The notes below the pieces were generated by a model that was given only the letters and a program-made list of their open reading frames with translations, searched no databases and was not told the DNA's origin. This document shows, piece after piece, positions 34,061-43,813 of a DNA stretch of 64,000 nucleotides. The position numbers were made by a program, and so were the translations under genes. This DNA comes from Alphaproteobacteria bacterium (GTDB taxonomy: Bacteria > Pseudomonadota > Alphaproteobacteria > UBA828): positions 320,001 through 384,000 of the forward strand of contig CBDCCI010000001.1 of NCBI GenBank assembly GCA_965214705.1, in the 5' to 3' direction. Within the stretch, counting starts at the first letter, position 1, and each line of letters starts with the position of its first letter.

Positions 34061-36055
34061 CTACAGCCTCATGCCAAGCATGCGGCCTTCGTAGAAGGCC
34101 ATGCTCGCGGTGCGAGCGGCGACCGTGTCGCCCGCGGCGTGGACCTCGATGGAATCGTCGGCGAGTGCGCGGGCGAGCCCGTCGTCGACCGTGTTGGTGG
34201 TCGCGAGCACGAGGCTGTCGGCTTCCACCTGCCGCTCCTCGCCGGTGTGAAGGTTCGCGATGGTGGCCGTGCCGCCGGCCCAGCGGGTCAGCGCGTGGGC
34301 GCCGATCACCTCGACGCCCTGCTTGGCAAAGCGCTCGCGCGTGCTCGAGCCGAGATGCGAGTTGTCGAGCGCTTCCGCGGGCTTCTCGGAGGCGGTGACG
34401 ACGGTCACGGCATGACCCCGCTCGGAGAGGTGGAGCGCGGTGCCAGACGCGGGCCACCAGCCGTTGAGGTCATCGAGCAGGAGGACCCGCGCGCCGGGCT
34501 TGGCGGTGCCGTCCAGAACATCGTTCACGGCATACACGTTCTCCCGCCCGACGCCGGGAAGGGCATCGACGTGCGGGAGCGCCCGCTGGAATCCCGTGCG
34601 CGTGGGCACCGACCCGGTGGAGAGCACGACCGCGTCGGCGCCGAAGTCGCGGATGGCGTCGGCGGTCATCTCCGTACCCAGCTCGACGCGGACCTGCAGC
34701 TTCTCAAGCTGGGTCCCGTACCAGGTCAGCAGCTCGTCGATCTCCTCCCGCTCCGGCTGCGCCGCGGCGAGGCGAAACTGCCCGCCGAGCGCGTCCGCCT
34801 TCTCCACCAGCGTGACCCGGTGCCCGCGCATCGCCGCGACACGGGCGGTCTCCAGCCCTGCCGGGCCGCCGCCCACTACCAGGACGTGACGGGGCGTCTC
34901 GGCAGGCGGGGCGCTGTCGCCGTCCCACGCGAACTCGCGGCCGGCGGAGGGATTGACGAGGCACGAGATGTGGTAGTCCCGCATGCGCCGACCGAGGCAG
35001 AGCTGATTGCAGGAGATGCAGGGCCGGATGTCGTCTGCGCGGCCCTCGCGCGCCTTGTTGGCGAGGTGCGGATCGGCGATCTGCCCGCGCACGATCGAGA
35101 CCAGATCGCAACAGCCGCTCGCGATGGCGGCCTCGGCGCGCGCGGGCGTCTTCACCCGCGCTTCGGCGGTGACCAGCGCGTGCTTCACCACCTGCTTGAT
35201 GGCGGCGGCGGAGTCTGTGCCGAGCGGCGCCGCGTAGTGGAAGCCCGGCACGATCGCCGTGAACCGGTTGATGTAGCTGCCGGTGCCGCAGGAGAAGTAG
35301 TCCGCGAGGCCGCGCTCGTCGAGCCAGGCGAAGATCTCCTGCTTGTCGGCCATGGTGAGGCCGCCGGGGTAGGGCTCGGCGCCGGAGACGGTCATGCCGA
35401 CGATGAAATCCGACCCGCAGGCCTTGCGGATGCCGTCTGCGATCTTGGTCACGAAGCGCAGCCGGTTCTCCAGGCTGCCGCCCCAGGCATCGTCGCGCCG
35501 GTTGGTGAGCGGCGACCAGAATTGGTCGATCAGGCAGGAGTAGCCGGCGAAGAGGTCGACCCCGTCGAACCCGCCCTTCTGGTCGCGCACTGCCTGGCCG
35601 ATAAAGGCCTGGATCAGCTCGCGGATCTCCGCCTCGCTCATGGCGTGGCTGCCCCAGGGGTCGTGGTGGCTGACCTGGCCGGAGGGGGACCAGTAGGGCG
35701 ACCAGGAGTTGTCCTGATCGCCGTGGGCGCCGACGTGATAGATCTGGTGGCACATGACGGTGCCATGGCTGTGGCACTCGTCGGTGATCCTGCGGAAGTG
35801 GGGGATGACGGCGTCGTCGGCCATGAAGTTGCCGCGCGTGAGGACCGCCGTCGGATGGGGCGGCGTGGGCTCGACCACGATCATGCCGGCGCCGCCACGC
35901 GCGCGCTCCCGGTAGTAGCCGAAGTGGCGCTCGGCCGGCAGCCCGCCCTCGGCCATGTTGGCGGTGTGCGCGCCGAAGACGATGCGGCAGCGGAGCGTAT
36001 GCCCCCGGAGGCGCGCCGGCGCAAACAGGTTGGGGAAGTGTTCCGGTTGCGTCAT
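34061..36055 (-). CDS. NADH:flavin oxidoreductase (OYE barrel, 4Fe-4S and FAD domains; DgcA/HpbA/TMADH-like)
   Basis: RARGGAG, NRRDDAWGGSLENRLRF, CISCNQLC...C cluster motif, VVGGGPAG. Confidence 0.88.
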   Translation of the reverse strand: MTQPEHFPNLFAPARLRGHTLRCRIVFGAHTANMAEGGLPAERHFGYYRERARGGAGMIVVEPTPPHPTAVLTRGNFMADDAVIPHFRRITDECHSHGTVMCHQIYHVGAHGDQDNSWSPYWSPSGQVSHHDPWGSHAMSEAEIRELIQAFIGQAVRDQKGGFDGVDLFAGYSCLIDQFWSPLTNRRDDAWGGSLENRLRFVTKIADGIRKACGSDFIVGMTVSGAEPYPGGLTMADKQEIFAWLDERGLADYFSCGTGSYINRFTAIVPGFHYAAPLGTDSAAAIKQVVKHALVTAEARVKTPARAEAAIASGCCDLVSIVRGQIADPHLANKAREGRADDIRPCISCNQLCLGRRMRDYHISCLVNPSAGREFAWDGDSAPPAETPRHVLVVGGGPAGLETARVAAMRGHRVTLVEKADALGGQFRLAAAQPEREEIDELLTWYGTQLEKLQVRVELGTEMTADAIRDFGADAVVLSTGSVPTRTGFQRALPHVDALPGVGRENVYAVNDVLDGTAKPGARVLLLDDLNGWWPASGTALHLSERGHAVTVVTASEKPAEALDNSHLGSSTRERFAKQGVEVIGAHALTRWAGGTATIANLHTGEERQVEADSLVLATTNTVDDGLARALADDSIEVHAAGDTVAARTASMAFYEGRMLGMRL

Positions 36056-36189
36056 CGCGCTCCCCATGACGACTGCGGCCGCGAGCGGGCACGCCGCGCC
36101 GCCCGCGGCGTGGCCGGCAACGATAACACCATCTGTACCCGCAGGTTTTCGTGGACATCGCGGCGATGGCGTGACATTTGGCACCCACC

Positions 36190-37101
36190 ATGACCTGCAA
36201 AAGCGTGAGCTTCTACAGCGAGGGCGTGCGGCTCGAGGGCGATCTCTATCGGCCCAAGGGCGCGAGCGCGGACGAGCTGCGCGCCGGCATCGTGCTCTGC
36301 CACGGCTATACCGGCGTGAAGAGCCTCTACCTGCCCGACAACGCGCGGGTGCTGACCGAGGCGGGCTACGTGGTGCTCACCTTCGACTACAAGGGCTGGG
36401 GGGCGAGCAAGGGGCCGCGCACCCGATTGGCGCCGTTCAGCCGCGTCGCCGACGTGCAGGCCGCGCTCACCTACCTCGGAACCCGGCCCGGCGTGGATCC
36501 GACGCATCTCGGCCTCTACGGCACCAGCTACGGCGGCGCCACAGTGGTCTGGGCTGCGGCGATGGACGAGCGGGTACGCTGCGTGGTGAGCGTTGTCGGG
36601 ATCGGCGACGGGCGGCGCTGGATGCGGAGCGTGCGCCGGCCGGACGAATGGCACGACTTGCTGGAACGGGCGCGCGAGGATCGGGAGCAGGCGGTGGAGA
36701 GCGGCGAGTCCGCGCCCGCCGAACGCGACGAAATCTTGATGCAGGACCGGGCATCGGCCGCGCTCTCGGCTGCGCAGCGGGCGAACAATCCAGACGCGGT
36801 CTCCACCGTGCCGGCCTCCTTCATCGACGAGACGCTCTCCTTCCACGCCGACTGGGTGGTAGACAAGATCGCCCCGCGTCCCCTGCTCCTCATCACGACC
36901 GAGGACGACCGGCTGGTACCACCGGAGGAATCGCGCTCTCTATACAACCACGCCGGCGAGCCCAAGAAGCTCGTCGTGCTCAAGGGCTACGGGCACTACG
37001 ACGTCTACGCCGAGCCCGCCTTTGGCGAGGTCATGGCGGCGACGCTCTCCTGGTATCGGGCCCACCTGCCGCCGCAGGCGCTCGACGCGCCGTCGACCTG
37101 A
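36190..37101 (+). CDS. Alpha/beta hydrolase
   Basis: CHGYTG, FDYKGWGAS, GTSYGG, GHYDVY. Confidence 0.85.
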   Translation: MTCKSVSFYSEGVRLEGDLYRPKGASADELRAGIVLCHGYTGVKSLYLPDNARVLTEAGYVVLTFDYKGWGASKGPRTRLAPFSRVADVQAALTYLGTRPGVDPTHLGLYGTSYGGATVVWAAAMDERVRCVVSVVGIGDGRRWMRSVRRPDEWHDLLERAREDREQAVESGESAPAERDEILMQDRASAALSAAQRANNPDAVSTVPASFIDETLSFHADWVVDKIAPRPLLLITTEDDRLVPPEESRSLYNHAGEPKKLVVLKGYGHYDVYAEPAFGEVMAATLSWYRAHLPPQALDAPST

Positions 37102-37105
37102 TCCC

Positions 37106-38107
37106 ATGAGCGAGCCCGCGACGATCAGGCTGGAGCCATCCGGCGACAGCTTCACCTGTCGCCCCGGCGAGACCATCCTGCGCGCCGGGCTCGCGGCGGG
37201 CTTCGCCATGCCCTACGAGTGCGCGAGCGGAAGCTGTAGCTCGTGCAAGGGGCGGCTCCTGGAGGGCGCGGTGGATCACCTCTGGCCCAACGCGACCGGG
37301 CTGAGCGAGCGCGACCGGCGCAAGGGCGACCGCATCCTCTGCTGCCAGGCGCTGCCCACGGGCGACTGCACCGTCCAGGTGCGCCTCGGCCAGGTGGAGG
37401 GCGCGCGGGAGGAGCCGGCGCCGGCGCCGTTCACGGCGACGGTGGAGACGCTGGAGCGGCTGGTGCCGGGCGTGATTGCGTTCACCTGCCGGCCGGAGCG
37501 GCCGATCCCTTTCCTGCCCGGTCAGTACGTGCTGCTGCAGGTGCCGGGCGGCCAGCGCCGCGCCTACTCGATGGCGAACACGGAGGCCGAGACGTTGGCC
37601 TTCATCGTCAAGGAGAAGCCGGGCGGCCACGGCTCGCGCTATCTCTTCGACGAGCTCGCCCAAGGCGACACGGTGAGCCTGGAGGGGCCTTACGGCCGGG
37701 CCTACCTGCGCACCCCGCCGGAGCGGGAGATCGTCTGCGTCGCCGGCGGCTCCGGGCTTGCCCCGATACTCTCGGTGATCGAGGGGGCGCTTGCCCGGCC
37801 CGAAACCCCCGGCGTCCGGCTCTTCTTCGGCGCGAACAGGGCCGAGGAGCTCTTCATGGTGGACGAGATGCAGGCGCTCGCCGCCACGCACGATCGCTTT
37901 TCGCTCACGCTGGCCGTCCGCGACGGTGGTGCGCCGGGCGCGGTCACGGGCCTCGTCGGCGACGTCGCGCTGGCGGCGATGGAAGACCTCGATGACTGCG
38001 ACTTCTACATGGCCGGGCCGCCGGGGCTGATCGACGCGCTGCTCCGGCCGGTCATGCGCTGCGGCAAGGTCCGGCCCGAGCGCATCTTCTTCGACCGCTT
38101 CTACTAA
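37106..38107 (+). CDS. 2Fe-2S ferredoxin:NAD(P)H reductase (monooxygenase reductase type)
   Basis: CASGSCSSC...C, RAYS, GPYG, AGGSGLAP, FDRF C-terminus. Confidence 0.9.
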   Translation: MSEPATIRLEPSGDSFTCRPGETILRAGLAAGFAMPYECASGSCSSCKGRLLEGAVDHLWPNATGLSERDRRKGDRILCCQALPTGDCTVQVRLGQVEGAREEPAPAPFTATVETLERLVPGVIAFTCRPERPIPFLPGQYVLLQVPGGQRRAYSMANTEAETLAFIVKEKPGGHGSRYLFDELAQGDTVSLEGPYGRAYLRTPPEREIVCVAGGSGLAPILSVIEGALARPETPGVRLFFGANRAEELFMVDEMQALAATHDRFSLTLAVRDGGAPGAVTGLVGDVALAAMEDLDDCDFYMAGPPGLIDALLRPVMRCGKVRPERIFFDRFY

Positions 38108-38348
38108 GGTGGTGCCGGCCAGATTCCCGGCAAGCCGGCAACTTTCCCTCTATTGTGAGTTATGATTCGGGAGTGTTGCTCGGCAGCACGCACGTCACGA
38201 GCCTCATGAGCCAGACCCGAGTCTCGACGTCCGAAGGCCTTCAGGAGCTCGACGGCCACCGTCTTCCTCTCGCGTGCGGGCCGCGCGCAACAACGTAGGA
38301 GATATTCCGGGACTATAACCGCCACCAACTTCCAGGAGTGCCAACGGC

Positions 38349-39368
38349 ATGAGAGCAGCGTCGATAGTGTTCGCGACAGCGTTGATTCTCACCATCGGAG
38401 GGTGCCTGCACAGCCCCAGCCAGGACCCAATGACCGACGAAATGGAGGAGGGACGCATCGATTTCTCTCGAACAACGTCGTTCGACGGCGACAAACTCAC
38501 CGTATTCGTGAAGGGGGAAGAGGAAGGGAAGCTACACCTGAACACGATGCGTGACGCCGTCGAGACGAATGAGTTCCGTCCCCAGATCCCGAACCACTCC
38601 GGCCGGTCCTGGGTGCTGCGGAACACCGCCCACGAGAGCACCACGCAGGTCTACGCCCTGGTGAGCTGGAGCAACGAAGACTCCACCGACTATCTCGCCG
38701 CCGGGTGGTGGCTGCACCAGGTGAAGGGAGAGCGGCGCCTAGAAAGAGTCATATTCGTCGACGGGCCCGAAATCGACCCTGTGATGAATCCGCCTGACCT
38801 GCCGGTGACGGGTTCGGCAAGCTACCTTGGGCGCGGCAGCGGGATATTCGGCTATGCCTTCGGATCGAACTGGAACGAGCTCGAGGGCGGGTACACCTAC
38901 GACGCGTACCGGGGGGCGTTGGACGTCGTCGCAGACTTCGAAGCCGGCACGCTCAGTGGGTGCCTCGGATGCACCGGCGACCTCGTCGCCGACCGCACGC
39001 ACGTCGAATATCGCTTCGAGCAGTTCCCCGAGCGGTACCTGCCTGAGGTGGACGCTCCGCTGGAGGACTACGAGATTCAATTCGCGCCCGTCGCATACAA
39101 CGACGACGGCAGCTTCGAATCCGAGTTCAGCAGCGCCGCGGCGAGTGTGCGCCATCCCCAACGCGAGGTGACGGGGTCACACGGCTACTGGGGCGGGAGC
39201 ATCTCAGCGTTCGCCGACGAAGACGGCAATCCGAGGCTCATCGCCGGATTCAAGGAGACAGGCTTCCAGGAGGAGGACGGGAGCAGGGGGTTCTTCTGGG
39301 GTGTGTTCACCGTGCTTAGCGAGACGTTCAGGATGGGAGAAAACGCTCCGGACGGTTCGGGCGAATAA
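38349..39368 (+). CDS. Putative surface lipoprotein, possibly TbpB-like beta barrel
   Basis: Signal peptide with IGGC lipobox; LPVTGSASYLG and ADFEAGTLSG motifs resemble TbpB-type barrels; visibly lower GC than neighbours. Confidence 0.65.
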   Translation: MRAASIVFATALILTIGGCLHSPSQDPMTDEMEEGRIDFSRTTSFDGDKLTVFVKGEEEGKLHLNTMRDAVETNEFRPQIPNHSGRSWVLRNTAHESTTQVYALVSWSNEDSTDYLAAGWWLHQVKGERRLERVIFVDGPEIDPVMNPPDLPVTGSASYLGRGSGIFGYAFGSNWNELEGGYTYDAYRGALDVVADFEAGTLSGCLGCTGDLVADRTHVEYRFEQFPERYLPEVDAPLEDYEIQFAPVAYNDDGSFESEFSSAAASVRHPQREVTGSHGYWGGSISAFADEDGNPRLIAGFKETGFQEEDGSRGFFWGVFTVLSETFRMGENAPDGSGE

Positions 39369-39446
39369 GGGTAAAGCAAAGAACGAGCGCCGCAGGGGCT
39401 CGCTTCGCGGCTAGACCGGCTGTCCGCGACCCCTTAGCCTCAGCCC

Positions 39447-40403
39447 ATGCGCAAGATTCTCGTTACCGGCGCGCTCGGACAGATCGGCGCCGAGCTGGTG
39501 CCGGAGCTGCGAAAGCGCCACGGGGCCGATAACGTCATCGCCTCGGGCTGGCGGCGGCGGGATGTGGCGTCGGTGGTCGACGGTGGGCCGTTCGAGATCG
39601 TCGACTGCACCAAGCCGGGCGATATCACCGCAGTGGTCGAGAAGTACGAGATCGGCACCATCTACCACATGCCGGCGTTTCTCTCGGTGCTGGGCGAGGA
39701 GAAGCCGGAGGAGGCCTGGGCGCTCAATCTCGGCGGCTATGCCAACGCGCTGGAGGTGGCGCGGCGGCACGACTGCGCGGTGTTCTTCCCGAGCTCCATC
39801 GGCGCCTTCGGGCCGAGCACGCCGCTCCAGAACACGCCGCAGGACACGATCCAGCGGCCGAACACCATCTACGGCGTCTCCAAGGTCGCGGGCGAGCTGC
39901 TCGGCGACTACTACCACGCACGCTTCGGGCTCGATACGCGCGGGCTCAGGCTGCCGGGCCTGATCTCCCACGTGGCGCTGCCGGGCGGCGGCACCACGGA
40001 CTATGCGGTGCACATCTTCTACGAGGCGCTGCGCGAGGGCCGATTCAGCTGCTTCCTGCGCCCCGATTCCCGCCTCGACATGATGTACATGCCCGACGCG
40101 GTGGCCGCGACTATCAACCTGATGGACGCGGACCCGAGCCGGCTTCGCCACCGTAACGCCTTCAACGTGACCGCCATGAGCTTCACGCCCGAGGAGCTCG
40201 CGGCCGAGATCCGCAAGCACGTACCCGGCTTCACGATCGACTACGAGGTCGACCCGCTGAAACAGGCCATCGCCGATTCATGGCCGGATTCGATGGACGA
40301 CAGTGCCGCCCGCGAGGAGTGGGACTGGCGGCCGCGCTACGACCTAGCCGCCATGACGGCGGAGATGATCGGGACGCTCAGGCGGAAGCACGACCTCGCC
40401 TGA
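39447..40403 (+). CDS. L-threonine 3-dehydrogenase (extended SDR type)
   Basis: GALGQIG, PSSIGAFG, YGVSK, GGGTTDYAV, MMYMPDA, IADSWP. Confidence 0.88.
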   Translation: MRKILVTGALGQIGAELVPELRKRHGADNVIASGWRRRDVASVVDGGPFEIVDCTKPGDITAVVEKYEIGTIYHMPAFLSVLGEEKPEEAWALNLGGYANALEVARRHDCAVFFPSSIGAFGPSTPLQNTPQDTIQRPNTIYGVSKVAGELLGDYYHARFGLDTRGLRLPGLISHVALPGGGTTDYAVHIFYEALREGRFSCFLRPDSRLDMMYMPDAVAATINLMDADPSRLRHRNAFNVTAMSFTPEELAAEIRKHVPGFTIDYEVDPLKQAIADSWPDSMDDSAAREEWDWRPRYDLAAMTAEMIGTLRRKHDLA

Positions 40404-41063
40404 CGCCGGCGGGCGCGACCGAAGGGGGCGCTCGGGCGGAAGCGGTGCCTCTCCTGAGGCTGCCACGCGGGGCCGTGCCCGTTCCCCATAAACCCAGCTT
40501 CGCACGGGACCCACGTCGAGGTGGACGAAGTCGGATGCCGGGTAGAGGCCGGCGCCGCCCCGCCGCATGTCCACGGCCGCGCGCCACACCGCCTCGGTGG
40601 CGAGGCCGGGCACCCTGATGTCCGCCGCCATGCCGATCGTATGCAACGAGCTGCGGGCGACGCCTGCGGAGTTCGCGCGGAGCCACGCGTTCGTTCTGCC
40701 CGAGCGGTAGCCCGAGACGAGGTCGATCCGCGCCGGCCGGCCGAGCGCCTTCCACAGGAAGAAGAGCTGATCGAGCACGCCGTAGAAAATCGGCTCGACC
40801 TCGCCGTTGCGCCGGTCGCGGAACAGGTAGCTGTACGCGTCGAGCGCATGACGGTCGTAGCTGCCGTCGCGCCAGTAGACCAGATCGCGCCGCTCCCCGG
40901 TCCACAGATTGCGGATGGGCACGCGGCGTTCCGTGTCCTCTTGGAAGGTCCGGGCCAAGGCTGTGCCAGGAGAGGCCGCAAGGCCAAGAAGGGCCGCCGC
41001 TCCGGCCGTACAGAAAGTCCGGCGATCGGGACCCCTGCCCCGCGCTCCTCCCCGGTCGCGCAT
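40344..41063 (-). CDS. YcbK/MepK-like (DUF882, peptidase M15) Tat-exported peptidoglycan endopeptidase
   Basis: Tat-like DRRTF signal; SGYRS..TN, SLHTIGMAAD, FVHLDVGPVRSW. Confidence 0.87.
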   Translation of the reverse strand: MRDRGGARGRGPDRRTFCTAGAAALLGLAASPGTALARTFQEDTERRVPIRNLWTGERRDLVYWRDGSYDRHALDAYSYLFRDRRNGEVEPIFYGVLDQLFFLWKALGRPARIDLVSGYRSGRTNAWLRANSAGVARSSLHTIGMAADIRVPGLATEAVWRAAVDMRRGGAGLYPASDFVHLDVGPVRSWVYGERARPRVAASGEAPLPPERPLRSRPPASGEVVLPPERPDHLRRHGG

Positions 41064-41071
41064 GGCTCACC

Positions 41072-41130
41072 CTAGCCCGGCTTTCTCACCAATGTCATGG
41101 TCTGTGACATTGGTGAGAAATCCGGGCTAG
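41072..41130. repeat. CTAG-bounded near-perfect inverted repeat (26-bp arms, 7-nt loop); possible MITE or IS scar
   Basis: ctagcccggctttctcaccaatgtca-tggtctg-tgacattggtgagaaatccgggctag, one mismatch. Confidence 0.85.
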
Positions 41131-41566
41131 CACGGACAGTCGCCCGCGCCTGAAAGGTCGCGAGCGCACATCGCTTGCCCGCACCATGGTGCGGTGCACG
41201 GCGGGCGGCAGGGGCACCATCGTTGCGCCATGAGGTGCGTGAGCGGCTTATGGTTTGAGGAGAGCAGAGCGTATCGCAGGGCGGCAAGACCCGGTGTCGC
41301 GCGCTGGACTCTTGATTTCGCGCGGGCGGTCTTGTTGCCGTGCGCTAGCCCTTTCGGGCTCGCGAGACGCACGTGCCTGACATCGCACTTGTCCCGTTAG
41401 ATCCCGGTGAATGCCGCAACAAATTTTTGTTTGCTATCCCACACGCGCGCGTTCGAGCGGGGCAAGTGTCGGGGCGCGCCTTGCCGGCCCGACGCCGCAT
41501 CGGCGATACTGCCGGCCTTCCGCCGCAATTCCGCGACCAATCCGCCGACCGAAGGAACACCGCACC

Positions 41567-43057
41567 ATGAGCACTGCCGCCGCCGAGATCGTGAAGGGCG
41601 TCTTCCTCCAGGACCCGTCGCTGTTCCGCCAGCAATGCTATGTGGACGGCCAGTGGCTCGACGCGAAGTCCGGGCGGAGCACCGACGTGGTGAACCCGGC
41701 GGACGGCCGGGTGATCGGCACCGTGCCGGCGTTCTCCGCCGCCGAGACCCGGGCCGCCATCGAGGCCGCGAACCGGGCCTTCCCCGCCTGGCGCGCCAAG
41801 ACCGCGAAAGAGCGCGCCCAAATCCTCCGCAAGTGGTACGACCTGATGATGGCGAACCAGGAGGACCTCGCCATCATCATGACCGCCGAGCAGGGCAAGC
41901 CGATGGCGGAATCGCGGGGCGAGATCGGCTACGGCGGCTCCTTCATCGAGTGGTTCGCGGAGGAGGGCAAGCGCGCCTACGGCGATGTCATCCCGCAGCA
42001 TCTCAACGACCGGCGGATCGTGGTCACGAAGGAGCCGGTGGGCGTGGTCGGCATGATCACACCGTGGAACTTCCCGAACGCCATGATCACCCGCAAGGCC
42101 GGGCCCGCGCTCGCGGCCGGCTGCACCGTGGTCTCGCGGCCCGCGACCGCAACGCCGTTCTCTGCGCTGGCGCTCTGCGAGCTGGCTGAGCGCGCCGGCA
42201 TCCCGCGCGGCGTGTTCAACGTGATCACCGGCCCCTCGGGCGAGGTCGGCGGCGAGATGACCGCCAACCCCATCGTGCGCAAGCTCTCCTTCACCGGCTC
42301 GACCGAGGTGGGCAAGGTCCTGCTCGAGCAGTGCGCGAGCACGGTCAAGAAGGTCTCGATGGAGCTTGGCGGCAATGCGCCCTTCATCGTCTTCGACGAT
42401 GCCGACATGGATTCGGCCGTAAGCGGCGCCATCGCGTCCAAGTACCGCAACACGGGCCAGACCTGCGTCTGCGCCAACCGCTTCCTGGTGCAGGGCGGGG
42501 TCTACGACACCTTCGCCGAGCGGCTGGCCGAGGCGTCTTCCCAGCTCGTCGTCGGCCCCGGCCTCGAAGGCGAGACCCAGCAGGGGCCGCTGATCGACGA
42601 AGACGCCGTCGCCAAGGTCGAGGAGCACATCCAGGATGCGGTGGACAAGGGGGCGGAGGTGATCCAGGGCGGCAAGCGCCACCCGCTCGGCGGCAATTTC
42701 TTCGAGCCGACCGTGATCGCCAACGTGAACACCCAGATGAAGGTGGCGCGCGAGGAGACCTTCGGCCCGCTCGCGCCGATCTTCCGTTTCGAGACCGACG
42801 ACGAGGCGGTGCAGCTCGCCAACGACACGGAGTTCGGCCTCGCGGCCTATTTCTACAGCCGCGACATCGGGCGCATCTGGCGGGTGGCGGAGCAGCTCGA
42901 ATACGGCATCGTCGGCATCAACACCGGGATCATCTCGACCGAGGTGGCGCCCTTCGGCGGCATGAAGGAATCCGGCATCGGCCGCGAAGGCTCGCACTAC
43001 GGCCTCGATGAGTTCCTCGAGGTCAAGTACATGTGCATGGGCGACATCGACAAGTAG
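41567..43057 (+). CDS. gabD: NAD(P)-dependent succinate-semialdehyde dehydrogenase
   Basis: ITPWNFP, FTGSTEVG, MELGGNAPF, GQTCVC, EETFGP, SGIGREGS. Confidence 0.92.
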   Translation: MSTAAAEIVKGVFLQDPSLFRQQCYVDGQWLDAKSGRSTDVVNPADGRVIGTVPAFSAAETRAAIEAANRAFPAWRAKTAKERAQILRKWYDLMMANQEDLAIIMTAEQGKPMAESRGEIGYGGSFIEWFAEEGKRAYGDVIPQHLNDRRIVVTKEPVGVVGMITPWNFPNAMITRKAGPALAAGCTVVSRPATATPFSALALCELAERAGIPRGVFNVITGPSGEVGGEMTANPIVRKLSFTGSTEVGKVLLEQCASTVKKVSMELGGNAPFIVFDDADMDSAVSGAIASKYRNTGQTCVCANRFLVQGGVYDTFAERLAEASSQLVVGPGLEGETQQGPLIDEDAVAKVEEHIQDAVDKGAEVIQGGKRHPLGGNFFEPTVIANVNTQMKVAREETFGPLAPIFRFETDDEAVQLANDTEFGLAAYFYSRDIGRIWRVAEQLEYGIVGINTGIISTEVAPFGGMKESGIGREGSHYGLDEFLEVKYMCMGDIDK

Positions 43058-43140
43058 CGGGTTACGAGGCCGCCCCCTCACTTGAGTCCCCTGGACAGGC
43101 CCCTAAGCGCGCCTTCCACGACGGGCGGCGGGGAGAGAGC

Positions 43141-43797
43141 GTGAGCGCCTTGAAGGGTCCGGAACGGCCGCCGGCGGGCGGTGGCCAGCCGCGCAAGCTG
43201 GTGCTTCTGCTGCATGGCCTCGGCGCCGACGGCAACGACCTGATCGGCCTCGCCGAGCCCTGGGGACGGCTCGTGCCCCACGCCTGCTTCGCCGCACCGG
43301 ACGCGCCCGAGCCCTGCGACATGGCGCCCATGGGGCGGCAATGGTTCAGCCTGAGCGACCGCTCGCCCGAGCGCGTGGCCGAGGGCGTCGCCAGTGCGGC
43401 GGACGCGCTCAACGCCGATATCGACGCGCGGCTGGAGGCGCTCGGGCTCGGCGAGCAGGACCTCGCGCTGGTGGGCTTCAGCCAGGGCACGATGATGTCG
43501 CTCCACGTCGCCTATCGCCGCGCCGCTCCGTGCGCGGGCGTGCTCGGCTTCTCGGGGCGGCTGGTGGGTGGCGAGCACCTGAAGGGCGAGCTGCGTGCCA
43601 GGCCGCCGGCCCTGCTGATTCACGGCGATGCGGACGATCTGGTGCCGGTGGGTGCGCTCTTCGAGGCCGCGACCATGCTCGGCGCCTGCGAGGTGCCGGT
43701 GCAATGGCACGTGAGCCGGGGGATCGGCCACGGCATCGCGCCGGACGGGCTGGAGTTCGGCGGGCGCTTCCTGCGCGACGTGCTGGGCGCAGGTTGA
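43141..43797 (+). CDS. Phospholipase/carboxylesterase
   Basis: LHGLGADG, GFSQG, HGDADD, GHGI. Confidence 0.88.
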   Translation: MSALKGPERPPAGGGQPRKLVLLLHGLGADGNDLIGLAEPWGRLVPHACFAAPDAPEPCDMAPMGRQWFSLSDRSPERVAEGVASAADALNADIDARLEALGLGEQDLALVGFSQGTMMSLHVAYRRAAPCAGVLGFSGRLVGGEHLKGELRARPPALLIHGDADDLVPVGALFEAATMLGACEVPVQWHVSRGIGHGIAPDGLEFGGRFLRDVLGAG

Positions 43798-43813
43798 GCG
43801 CCGCGCCCCGGCG

